Positions 51,911 to 63,115 of a stretch of 64,000 nt of DNA are shown here, piece after piece. Location of the stretch: contig OY968769.1 of NCBI GenBank assembly GCA_963695345.1, positions 1,696,001-1,760,000 on the forward strand, read 5' to 3'. Each line of letters opens with the position of its first letter. Position 1 is the stretch's first letter. This stretch comes from an uncultured Methanomassiliicoccales archaeon (GTDB lineage: Archaea; Thermoplasmatota; Thermoplasmata; Methanomassiliicoccales; UBA472). The notes under the pieces were generated by a model that was given only the letters and a program-made list of their open reading frames with translations, searched no databases and had not been told where the DNA came from. The position numbers and the translations under genes were made by a program.

Positions 51911-54900
51911 TCACTTACCTGCCTCGATCCCTCTCCGGTTCAGTGCTTCCTTAACTTTTCGAGGTACCTGGGCCTCTTCCCTCGAGGTCTTGGGTCGGTG
52001 ACTTCTTGATCTCCTTCGTGCGGGTATAGAGCGGGGCTACTTCCGGTCCGTTCGCCTCACTTATCTCGTCGGGGTCCGCGTCGATCTTGAACTGGGCAGA
52101 TACCCTCTGTAAGTTCACCGCCATCTCTGACAGCGCCTGGGCCCTGGCGGTCATGTCCTGCATGCTGGCGGTCAGTTCTTCCGTCGAAGCGGCAGATTCC
52201 TCTGAGGACGAAGCGGTATCATCCGCGATGCCCGCAATGCCGTCGACTGACTTTGACGCCCTCTGGGTCCCTTCCTTCTGGGCTTTCATTTCTTCCGAGA
52301 ACTTACCCATCATTACCTCGAACTGTGCAGACATGTCCGATATCTCACGGAACGCCTTCCCAGTCACTTCGACATGCTGCATTCCCTCGGCGGTCTCCTT
52401 GGTGCCGCGCTGCATCGCCTCGACCGCCTTGGCGGTCTCGCTCTGGACCTCCTTGATCATCTTGGCGATACGCTCGGCGGCCTCCCTTGAGTCCTCGGCG
52501 AGGTTCTTGACCTCTTCAGCAACGACGGCGAATCCACGGCCCTGCTCTCCTGCCCTGGCCGCCTCTATCGCCGCGTTCAGCGCCAGCAGGTTGGTCTGGT
52601 CAGAGATGCCGGTAATGACGTTCACAATTTCCCCAATCTCCTCGGAACGTTTGCCCAGTGTGTGGATCACCTTGGCCGATTCCTCGACCACGTTGGACAC
52701 TTCTTGCATCTTTTTTATGGTGTTCTCAACGGTCTTGACACCAGCGTTGGCCCTTTGGCTTGTCGTCCTTGCCCCCTCCGATGCTAGGGCCGACCTCTTC
52801 TCCGCCTCGTCCACGGTCTTGGAGACTGAGGCCATTGCCTTCGCGGTCTCGTCGACCATCGCCGCCTGGGTCTGAGCTCCTTTCGATATCTGTTGGATGG
52901 CTGAGGCGACCTGTTCCGTCGAGGCGTTCATCTCCTCAGCCGATGAGGCCAGTTCCTGCGATGTGGATGAGACCATGCCTACGGAGTTGTTAACCTCCCT
53001 CAGGAGGTCGGTCAGGCTCTCCCCGATATGGTCCAATGATTCTGCCAGTTTCTTGAAGTCTCCCTTCGTTTCAATTTCCACTCGGACCGTAAGGTCCCCG
53101 GCCGCGTAGGCGTCGGCGATCCGAACGGCTTCCAATAGAGGCCTGGTGAACGCGTCCAGCGTATCATTGACTCCACGTATCGCATTCCGGTACTCGCCCT
53201 CGTGCTTCGCGATATCGGCCCTGGTCCTCAGCTGTCCTTCCATCGCCGCCTTAGAAAGCATGTTGGCATCATGAACCAACAGGGATATGGCATCCCTGGC
53301 CTTGACCAGGCTCTTACTTATGGTGATGAAGTTCTCCCTAATCGCCACGGTGTACTTGTCGCCCTCGCTGACCGTCAGGTCCAGCGACAGGTCACCGTCG
53401 GCGATCTTGATCAGGTTCTTCGCCAGACGGTCTATCTCGACATTGCGGTAGATGTCGTTCACGGTCGTGGCGGTCACATCGCTCACGAACCCTTCGATGG
53501 TGAGCAGCGACCCGTCACTGCCATAGACCCCCCTGCCCTGTTCCCAGACCCACTTGATCTCGCCGGAGGCGGTGCGGAGACGGTAGTTTGTGGTGTAGCC
53601 GCGCTTCAGATTGAGGCCTGCTTGGATATCGTTCCACACCCGATCCCCATCCTCTGGCAGGATGAGCGAACCATAGGTCAGCTTCTGGTTGTTCATCAGG
53701 TCTGATGCTTGGTATCCAGTCATCTCCCTTGCGCCATCGCTGATGAACTCCATGGTGTAATCCTTGTCGTTCCGGCAGCGGAACGCCATCCCTGGCAGGT
53801 TGCTCAGGAGAGTAGTGGTCTTCCTCTCGTTCTCCTTCAGTGCCTCCTGCGCCCTGGTCTGTTCGGTGGTGTCGGAGACGAAACCCTCGATGGCGATGAC
53901 TGCACCTTCCGGTGACATCACTGGGAGCCCTTGTTCCCAGACATGCTTGATATCTCCGGAGGCGGTACGTATTCTGTATGTCGACGTGTACCTGCGCTTC
54001 TCCTTGATGCCTTCGGATATGTCCCTTCCTACCTTGTCCAGGTCATCTGGGAGGATCAAAGAGCCATAGGCCTTGTTCTTGCTGAAAGTGAGGTCGGTGG
54101 AGGAATAGCCGGTCAGATTTTGGCATCCATCGCTGATGAACTCCATGGTGTAATCGGCGTCGTTCTTGCAGCGGAACGCCATCCCTGGCAGGTTGCCGAT
54201 GAGGGTCGAGGTCCTCCGTTCGCTCTCCTTGAGGGCATCCTCTGCCTTTTTCTGTTCCGTGACGTCCTGGACCATCTCGACATGCCCGATGATCTCGCCA
54301 TTGGCGTTCCTCAGATGGGACAGGCTGATCTCCGAGGTTTGTCCGTCCTTCTCGACTAGGGTCATATTCTGACCCTCCTTCAGACTGATCATACCGCAGC
54401 GTTCTGTCCTGCAGATCGGAGAATTGAGCATATTGCACGGCTGTCCGAGCAAGTCTCCGGCCTTGTGCCCCATCCTGTCAGCAGCTGGCTTGTTGAGGAA
54501 TGTCAGCTTCATATTCGCATCGGCCGCTATGACCGGGAAAGGAATGGCATCGAAGATCTGCTGGTATTGGTATACCAGGCCCTCGGCACGTGACTCAGCG
54601 GCTTGCTTGGCATAGGCCATGATGGTGGCGGTCCGTCCGTCCGCGCCGGGCGTGGACTTCAGCCTGAGGGAGATCATAAATGGCTTTCCCGCTTTCGGGC
54701 GGACCTCGGCCCGGTCGACATCGACCGTCTGCCCTTTAGCGAAGGAATCCATCATAGCGGGATTGCCTGGTGTGTTTGGCAGGTCTATGATGGCCTTGAT
54801 GCCCATCTTCATTGCCTCATCCAGCCGGTAACCGGTCAGATTCTCCATTCCCGTGTTGTACGCGATCAGCGAAAGTCCGCCGTCCATCGCGAACGCGGAA

Positions 54901-54965
54901 AGGGGGATGCTGTCGATCAGGTCCTCTATCATCTTTCTCGACGTGTCCGGTTCCATGTATGTCAC
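51911..54965 (-). CDS. Soluble MCP: 4 PAS, HAMP and signalling domain (indel near 51980)
   Basis: Tandem [23 protein letters not shown] pair; MCP hairpin; corrected C-terminus [19 protein letters not shown]. Confidence 0.9.
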
Positions 54966-54990
54966 GCTCCAATGGGTCGGTCCTTGACCA

Positions 54991-57900
54991 TCACTTTCCT
55001 GCTTCTATCCCTCTCCGGTTAAGGGCTTCCTTTACCTTTCGAGGCACCTGGGTCTGATCCCTGGATACCTTAGGCGGAGATTTCTTGACCTCTTTCTTGC
55101 GGGTGTAGAGAGGGGCCACTTCCGGTCCGATCTCCTCACACACTTCGTCAGTGTCCACATCGATCTTGAACTGTGACGCTACCTTCTGCAGGTTCACCGA
55201 CATCTCCGACAGCGCCTGGGCCCTGGCGGTCATGTCCTCCATGCTGGCGGTCAGCTCCTCGGTCGAAGCGGCCGATTCCTCGGCGGACGATGCGGTCTCC
55301 TCTGCCACGCTGGCGATGCTGTCGACCGCCTTGGCGGCCTTGGCGGCGCCTTCCTTCTGGGCCTTCATCTCCACCGAGAATTTACTCATCATGTCCTCGA
55401 ACTGTCCGGACATGTCCGATATCTCACGGAACGCCTTCCCGGTCACTTCCACATGCTGCATTCCCTCGGCGGTCTCCTTGGTGCCGCGCTGCATCGCCTC
55501 GACCGCCTTGGCGGTCTCGCTCTGGACCTCCTTGATCATCTTGGCGATACGCTCGGCGGCCTCCCTTGAGTCCTCGGCGAGGTTCTTGACCTCCTCCGCG
55601 ACGACTGCGAATCCGCGTCCCTGCTCTCCTGCCCTGGCCGCCTCGATGGCGGCGTTCAGCGCCAGCAGGTTGGTCTGGTCCGATATGTTGGTGATGACGT
55701 CGACGATCTCGCCGATCTCCTCGGACCTCTTGCCGAGCGATTCGATGACCTTGGCGCTCTCCTGGACGACCTTCTGGATCTCCTGCATCTTCTTGATCGT
55801 GTTCTCGACGGTCGCGACACCGGCGTTTGCCCTCTGGCTTGTCGTCTTGGCCCCTTCCGACGCGCTCACAAGGCGCTTCTCAGCCTCGTCTACCGTCTTG
55901 GTGACCACGGCCATGCCCTTGGCTGTCTCGTCGACCTGGGCCGCCTGGTTCTGGGCGCCCTTGGATATCTGCTGAATGGCCGAGGAAACCTGCTCGGTCG
56001 AGGCGTTCATCTCCTCAGCCGATGAGGCCAGCTCCTGGGATGTGGACGATACCATGTTGACCGAGTTGTTGACCTCCGATAGCAGTGAGCACATGCTCTC
56101 GCCTATCTTGTCAAGCGAGGTGGCGAAAGCCGCGAAGTCACCCTTAGCTTCGATCGAGACGCGGGCTGTCAGGTCGCCATCTGCGTATGAATTGGCGATC
56201 CTCATGGCTTCCTCTATCGGTCCGGTAACCGCATCAAGTGTTTCATTGACGCCCTGAACGATCATCTGGTAGTCTCCCTGATGCTTGCTTGCGTCCGCCC
56301 TGGTGGATAGTTTCCCTTCCACCGCCGCCTTGCTCAGCATGCCCGCGTCGGCCACCAACGCATTGACCGCGTCGATCGCCTGGTTCAGGTTGTTCTTGAT
56401 GTTGTTGAAATCGCCATTGTACGAGTCGGTGATCTTCGCCGGGATCGCTCCCTTCGAGATCTCGTCGACGTACTTCGCTGCCACGTTCAACGGCCCTATG
56501 ACCGCGTCCAGCGTGTCGTTCACACCTTGTACGATCTTGCGGTAATCTCCATGGTGCTTGGAGGCATCGGCACGCGTGGCCAATTTACCCTCGACCGCCG
56601 CCTTGCTCAGCATGCCAGCATCGGCGACCAAGCGCATTGACCGCGTCGATCGCCTGGTTCAGGTTGTTCTTGATGTTGTTGAAATCGCCATTGTACGAGT
56701 CGGTGATCTTCGCCGGGATCGCTCCCTTCGAGATCTCGTCGACGTACTTCGCTGCCACGTTCAACGGCCCGATGACCGCGTCCAGCGTGTCGTTCACACC
56801 TTGTACGATCTTGCGGTAGTCGCCCTGATGCTTGGAGGCGTCGGCTCTCGTGTCCAGCTTACCGTTGATGGCCGCATCTACTAATGCATCCGCGTCTTTC
56901 GCCATCGATGATATGGCCTCCACCACCTGCATCAGGTCCTTGTTCACGGTCTGGTATTCCTGGCTGATGTCCTTGGTATAATCATCAGCGGGGGTCACAT
57001 TTAGGTCCAGGTTCATGCTTCCAACTGACAGGCTCTTGAGGTTGCTAGACAACCGTTTGAACTCGCCTGCCTGATATTTCTGCTGCCGTATGGTCTTGGT
57101 GACATCCTGCATGACCTCGACATGGCCGATCTTTTCGCCTTTGGCGTTGGTCAAGAAGTTCACGTCGATCTTTGAGTTCTTGCCGTCACGGTCGGAGATA
57201 GTGGAACGCTGTCCTTCCCTCAGACGGATGATGCCGCAATTCTTCGTGTTGCATATCGGGCCGTTCCATGCTGCGCAGTGCTTGCCCAGCAGGTCCTTCC
57301 GGTCCACCTTCAATATGCCCATGGCTGGCTTGTTGATGAAGGTGATCTTCATGCTCATGTCGGTGACCGATATGGGCCATGGAATCGAGTCCAGGATCTG
57401 CTCGTACCAATAGGTCTTCTCCACGACCTTGTCCAGTGTCTGGTTGAAACCGGAGATTACCTTAGCGAAGTCTCCCTTGTGCCGGCTCAGGTCCGCACGG
57501 ACCTCGAACTTCTGTTCAGCCGCCGCCTGTTCCAGCATCTTCGAGTCGTCGAGCATGCAGGTGATGGCGTCGATGCACATGTTAAGGTTGGTCTTCATAA
57601 TGTTGAAGTCGCCGTTCCAGTTCGCCGTGATCTTGCCGGGCATGTCGCCCTTGGAGATCATCTTGACGTAGTGGGCAGCTACCTTTAGCGGGGCCAGATA
57701 GGCATCGAGGGTATCGTTGATGCCTTTGACGATCTTCCGGTCATTGCCTTCGAACTTGTCCACGTTGGCCCTTGCCTTCACATCGCCGGCGATCGCCTTC
57801 TCGGTAAGCGCGAGGACCTCCTTGGTGTACTCCATTTCCCTGGTGATATCGTTGAAGTATTCAACGACGCCTTGAACCTTGCCAGCGTCGTCCTTGCGGG

Positions 57901-58549
57901 CAGTGGCTGTGATCCGGAACTGCTTGTCCTCCCCATGGATCTTCATCACCACATCGCCTTTCGACATCTCTCCGGTCCTGAGGACGGCCTCAAGGACGAC
58001 ATCCGGTTTATTGCCTATGCCAGAATCGAATATCTCATAGCACTTCTTGCCCAGGACGTCCGACTCATTGAGCCCCAAGACCTTCAAGGCGGTCTGGTTC
58101 ACGAAGCTTATGCTCAGGTCTGATTCAATGGATATGACCATATTGGGGGCGTGGTCCACGACCGATCGGGTCAGTCCTTCAGAGACCGCTCCCAGAGGCT
58201 CAAGGTAACCGACTCCACCCATTATCTTCCCAGATTGATCGAAAAGCGGGATCGCTTTCATGTGGATGTTAAGCTTTTCATTCTCCGAGTTCATGATCTC
58301 CATGGAGCTGATCTCGATTCCCTTGCCGCTGTTCAGTGCGTCGATGACCGGACACCCTTTCTTACCAATGGTGTTGCCAAAGACGTCCTTGAGGCGCATG
58401 CCCAGTGCCTCCACCAATGGATACCCCGTCATGTCTTCGGCGGCCTTGTTGAAATGAGTGATCTTTGCGCTCGCGTCGATCGCGAAGGTGGCGACCGGCA
58501 CCGAGGATACGATCTCAGCCAATACTGTAGTTCCTTGGTCATTTTCCAT
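54991..58549 (-). CDS. Soluble MCP: 2 PAS, HAMP, PAS, poly-HAMP and signalling domain (indel near 56630)
   Basis: Two ORFs join inside a HAMP repeat; MCP hairpin motif; no TM. Confidence 0.9.
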
Positions 58550-58830
58550 TTCTAGTACTCCCCTAGTTTCAATTTTTTTATAACAATCCCGATCTTAGAT
58601 TGTCAGGGCTCTTGCATTTCATGTGCAAAATGCCAAACTCTTGGACAAATGCAGGAATTATGATGATTATAAAGACCAAAGAATCGGCAATCACCCGTGA
58701 TAATCAAAAAGAGGCCTTGTCACGCTCGCTCCGAATTCATACTGAAATCAGGCCAGATATCATGGACTCGCTTCTTAAAGTGAGATTCAAGCCGTCGTGT
58801 TTTCTATACTAGCAAGACTCTTTTCAATGG

Positions 58831-59667
58831 ATGGCACCAGAGCGAGTCTGCACAGACAAGGATTTTATCACTTTAAAGAAGAAGATATTCCACTCCACCT
58901 CCCTCGATCTCGGCCAGTACAAGGATACCTATCTGCAGAGACGGATCGGGGTACGGATGCGGAGCTGCGGATCCAAAGTGTATGCGGATTACAGCAGCTT
59001 TCTCGATTCCAATCCCAAGGAGTACGACCATCTCCTTGACGACCTGACGATCAATGTGACCCAGTTCTTCCGGGACCCGATCGTATTCAAGGCGATGGAA
59101 GAGGAGGTGTTACCCCTTTTGATCTATGACAAGGTCAAACACGGGAAAAGGGACATAGCGATTTGGAGTGCCGGATGTTCCAGTGGGGAAGAGCCATACT
59201 CCATCGCGATCATGATGCGGGAGTTGCTGGGCGAGGAGATGGACAATTTCAATGTCAATATCATCGGCTCGGACATAGATGACTTCAGCCTCGACGCTGC
59301 CGCCGTCGGGAAGTATCTCCCGCGCCAGGTGACGAATATCAAAAAAGAGTACCTGGAAAGGTACTTCACGTTGGAGGATGAGATGTATCAGATATCCCAG
59401 GACATCATGGATATGGTGGACCTGCGCAAGATAGACCTGATCGCCTCCAAACCTCCCACCAAGTTCGACTGCATATTCTGCCGCAACGTGGTCATCTACT
59501 TCACCCGCGAGATGCAGGAGCATCTTTACATGAAGTTCTACGACTTCCTGAACGAAGGGGGATATTTCGTAATGGGCAACACTGAGACCCTGGTCGGGGA
59601 GGCTTCGCAACTGCTGACCACGTTCAAGAGCCGGGAAAGGATCTACCAGAAGATCGCCACCGTTTGA
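58831..59667 (+). CDS. cheR: Chemotaxis methyltransferase
   Basis: LTINVTQFFRD, IWSAGCSSGEEPYS and IFCRNVVIYF. Confidence 0.96.
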   Translation: MAPERVCTDKDFITLKKKIFHSTSLDLGQYKDTYLQRRIGVRMRSCGSKVYADYSSFLDSNPKEYDHLLDDLTINVTQFFRDPIVFKAMEEEVLPLLIYDKVKHGKRDIAIWSAGCSSGEEPYSIAIMMRELLGEEMDNFNVNIIGSDIDDFSLDAAAVGKYLPRQVTNIKKEYLERYFTLEDEMYQISQDIMDMVDLRKIDLIASKPPTKFDCIFCRNVVIYFTREMQEHLYMKFYDFLNEGGYFVMGNTETLVGEASQLLTTFKSRERIYQKIATV

Positions 59668-59755
59668 TGGAGTTTAGCAGAATAGAATATGGCCAGTGTA
59701 TTCGGGGAAGGCCCCGAAACCTATATTAGCTTCAATCGGGTCATGTCCGATCGTT

Positions 59756-60754
59756 ATGTCGGGAACCCCTCTCGGTGATCCTGAGAAAGTCATCGAAGTC
59801 AAGGATCTGGTGCGAATCTACCGGACGAGCCAGGGTTACATTCATAAGAAGAGAAAGGAGACCTTGGCAGTGGACCACATATCCTTCTCGGTGAACAAGG
59901 GGGAGCTGTTCGGGATACTGGGACCCAACGGGGCCGGGAAGACCACCACAATAAAAATGCTCACCACTCTTCTCATACCGACCTCCGGGAGAGCGACGGT
60001 GCTCGGACTCGATGTCAGCAAGGACCCGTACGAGATCAGGAAGAGGATAGGTCTGATCATCGGAGGCGAGCGCGGTCTGTACTATCGCATCAATGGCAGG
60101 CAGAACCTGAGATATTTCGCCGACCTGTATGGAGTGCCGCGCCATGAAAGGGAGCAGCGCATCGAGGATGTGCTTCGAAGGGTCGACCTTCTTGACCGGG
60201 CGGACGATCGGGTGGAGGATTACTCCAGGGGCATGAAACAGAGGCTTCACATCGCCAAAGGCCTGATCAACGACCCGGAAGTAATATTCATGGACGAACC
60301 GACGATCGGTCTCGATCCACAGGCCTCCCGGGATACCCGGAACCTGATTAAGGACCTAATAGCCAGCGGCAAGACCATCCTTATGACCACTCATTACATG
60401 TTCGAGGCGGACGATCTATGCGACCGGTTGGCCGTGATCAACAAGGGGAAGGTCGTAGCAATGGATACCCCCCGGGGGCTGAAGTCCCTGATGAAGGACA
60501 CATGCGTGATCGAGGTGGAAGGTTTTGGTCTGACGGAAAAGGACATCGAGGTTCTAAGAACGGTTCCTGGTGTCCGAGCGGTCAGCTCGGCCATGAACGA
60601 GGACAAACAGGTCCTGCGAGTGCAGGTGACGGACGCCGGAGAGATGCTGGCCCCGATAGCGGGGTGCCTGAGCGGAAAGAACATCATCGACATGAAGGTC
60701 AAAGAGCCCACGCTCGAGGATGCCTATCTATGGCTGGTCGAGAATAATGACTAG
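59756..60754 (+). CDS. ABC-2 exporter ATP-binding subunit (DrrA-like)
   Basis: GPNGAGKTT, YSRGM and MDEPTIGLD. Confidence 0.93.
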   Translation: MSGTPLGDPEKVIEVKDLVRIYRTSQGYIHKKRKETLAVDHISFSVNKGELFGILGPNGAGKTTTIKMLTTLLIPTSGRATVLGLDVSKDPYEIRKRIGLIIGGERGLYYRINGRQNLRYFADLYGVPRHEREQRIEDVLRRVDLLDRADDRVEDYSRGMKQRLHIAKGLINDPEVIFMDEPTIGLDPQASRDTRNLIKDLIASGKTILMTTHYMFEADDLCDRLAVINKGKVVAMDTPRGLKSLMKDTCVIEVEGFGLTEKDIEVLRTVPGVRAVSSAMNEDKQVLRVQVTDAGEMLAPIAGCLSGKNIIDMKVKEPTLEDAYLWLVENND

Positions 60755-61532
60755 GTTACGGGCCCTCACTTCATCGTTCCGCCATCAGATGCTCCACTTC
60801 TTTGCGGAGCCCCAATGGCTCATCCCGAACATCATCGCCCCGTTCGTGATGACCCTGGTGGCGCTGATGCTCTTCCGCAACGCCGATGGCAACTTCATCC
60901 TCTACGCCATCCTGGGAGGAGGAATGATGGGGATGTGGGGGAACACCCTGTACTCTTCCGGATATTCGATACAGTTCGATCGATGGAACGGTACCTTGGA
61001 AGCGGTGCTGGCCACCCCGGCGCCGCTGGTATGGATAATCGCCGGCAGGTCCCTCTGGAACGCTCTAATCGGCATACTCAATGCGGTGTTCATCTTCATC
61101 ATCGCGGTGTTCTGGTTCAAGGTCCCGATGGTCCTGGTTGACCCCCTGTTGTTCTTCTTGGCTCTGTTCGTCACCCTGCTTTCGCTGGCGGCGTTGGGGT
61201 TGGTCTTCAGTTCCGCCTTCGTTCTGACCCGGAACGCCAGCGTTTTCACAAACGGGCTGGAGTTCCCCATCTACGTCGGCACGGGAACGATGTTCCCGAT
61301 CGCCATGCTGCCGGCCTGGAGCGGACCCCTCTCGCTTTCGCTGGCGCCCTCCTGGGGGATCGACGCGATGAGATATTCCGCCCTCAGCGCCTACGTCGGG
61401 CTCGAGCCCGGTTACTGGGGAGACATGGCGGCAATGGTCGGACTGGCCCTGGTCTATGTTTCCGTGGCATTCTTGCTCTTCCAGGCCATCGAGAGAAGGG
61501 TTCGGGTCAAGGGCGACGCGGGGAGGATCTAG
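60747..61532 (+). CDS. ABC-2 permease
   Basis: DRWNGTLE.VL.TP and FPI..LP.W; 6 TM. Confidence 0.88.
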   Translation: MTRLRALTSSFRHQMLHFFAEPQWLIPNIIAPFVMTLVALMLFRNADGNFILYAILGGGMMGMWGNTLYSSGYSIQFDRWNGTLEAVLATPAPLVWIIAGRSLWNALIGILNAVFIFIIAVFWFKVPMVLVDPLLFFLALFVTLLSLAALGLVFSSAFVLTRNASVFTNGLEFPIYVGTGTMFPIAMLPAWSGPLSLSLAPSWGIDAMRYSALSAYVGLEPGYWGDMAAMVGLALVYVSVAFLLFQAIERRVRVKGDAGRI

Positions 61533-62339
61533 ATGTTAGGCCGGTTCTCCGGATTCGTCCGTGTGTTCTGGTCGTCGGCCGTTCTGGCCAAGAACGCACT
61601 GTTCAACTGGCTATCCCCTCCCATGTGGATAATGCAGCTCTTCTCCATATCGCTGTTCCAGATCGCGTTCTTTGTCTACGTCACCAATTTCGCGGGGAAC
61701 CCGGACATCAGCGTTACCTATGTCGCCATCGGGAACGCGCTGCAATCGATTTCCTATGTCACCGTATTCGCCGTCTGCAACATCACCGGGGAGGAGAAGC
61801 AGCAGGGTACGCTGGGACCGATACTATCCACACCGGCGAACCGCATGGCCATGTTCATAGGGCGCGCCCTCTTCCAGATAGTCAACGGCATTGCCACCGC
61901 GGTGATCGCGTTGTTCTACGCCGCCTTCCTTTTCGGGGTGGATTTCTCCCGCACGGACATGCTGGCATTGGGAGTCGTTGTGGTCATTACGGCCTTCGCC
62001 ATGACCGGGTTCGGCCTGATGCTCAGTTCCGTAGGGCTGTACCTTAGAACATCGATGATAATCGCCAACATCTTCCTTTTCATTGGCCTGCTTTTCTGCG
62101 GGGTCAACTTCCCCGTATCCTACCTTCCCGGATACCTGCAGCCGATCTCCTACGGCATACCGATGACCTTCGGCACCGATGCGGCCAGGGCGGCGGTCGA
62201 GGGCACATCGCTGTTCGGAATGGCGGGAACGCTCGGATTGGAGGTGCTGGTAGGCCTGGTGGCCCTATTCCTGGGCTACTTGATGTTCATTATGTTCGAG
62301 AACCTGTCGAGAAGGCGCGGGACGATGGACCGGTATTGA
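61533..62339 (+). CDS. ABC-2 permease
   Basis: EKQQGTL..ILSTP and GVNFPV..LP; 6 TM. Confidence 0.88.
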   Translation: MLGRFSGFVRVFWSSAVLAKNALFNWLSPPMWIMQLFSISLFQIAFFVYVTNFAGNPDISVTYVAIGNALQSISYVTVFAVCNITGEEKQQGTLGPILSTPANRMAMFIGRALFQIVNGIATAVIALFYAAFLFGVDFSRTDMLALGVVVVITAFAMTGFGLMLSSVGLYLRTSMIIANIFLFIGLLFCGVNFPVSYLPGYLQPISYGIPMTFGTDAARAAVEGTSLFGMAGTLGLEVLVGLVALFLGYLMFIMFENLSRRRGTMDRY

Positions 62340-62436
62340 CCAGCCGAGGATATCGTGGCCATTCCAGAACGTAAAATTTACCTATTCATCCATAACGGAC
62401 CCGAAGAATGACGTTCGAACCTTGCCCAAGAACAAT

Positions 62437-62826
62437 TTACCTGACGACGGTGACCGTGCAGGTGGCCGTCTTGTAGATGGATTCAGCGGTGCTGCCGGAG
62501 AATTTCGCCTTCATTCCGGTCTTTCCAGAGCTACCCATTATGATCATGTCGGCCTCGATCCTCTCCGCCGCCTCCATGATCGTGTTGAACGGGTCACCGG
62601 CTTCCAGGAGCGTGTTCAGCTCCACGCCGATCTCAGCCGCCTTGATCTTGGTCCGGCCAAGAACCCTCATTCCGTTCTTGATGTTCTTGTCCTTCTCCAG
62701 CTCCGCCTTGGGGCTCACCACGTAAATGGCATAAAGATTGCATCTGAGAACCTTGGCAAGCACGATCGCATAATGTGCTGCCTTCTCTGAGTGCGGTTTT
62801 CCGTCATTTGCCACTATCACGTTCAT
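62437..62826 (-). CDS. Universal stress protein
   Basis: IVANDG..S.KA, ADMIIMGSSG and GSTAE. Confidence 0.9.
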   Translation of the reverse strand: MNVIVANDGKPHSEKAAHYAIVLAKVLRCNLYAIYVVSPKAELEKDKNIKNGMRVLGRTKIKAAEIGVELNTLLEAGDPFNTIMEAAERIEADMIIMGSSGKTGMKAKFSGSTAESIYKTATCTVTVVR

Positions 62827-63115
62827 TAAGCTCTCACCCTATTGCCATTCCGTTATCATGTGGCTTATTGGGGACCTCGTCCATCCTTCCGATGGAAATC
62901 CGACAGTCCCTTTGAGTTGGATTGAAAATGAGGAGCGCAAAGAGGATATTAAAACAGACATCCCCCGGAAATCATCGATGATAACATCACCCCAATGAAT
63001 CTGGCTATCGATTTCCGATAATCGGGTGCCATTCATCGGTCCGCGGGACAACTTTATATCCGACCGCAGGATGACACAATCCTGACGCTCAGGCGTCGAA
63101 GCGAGACAGATCCGA

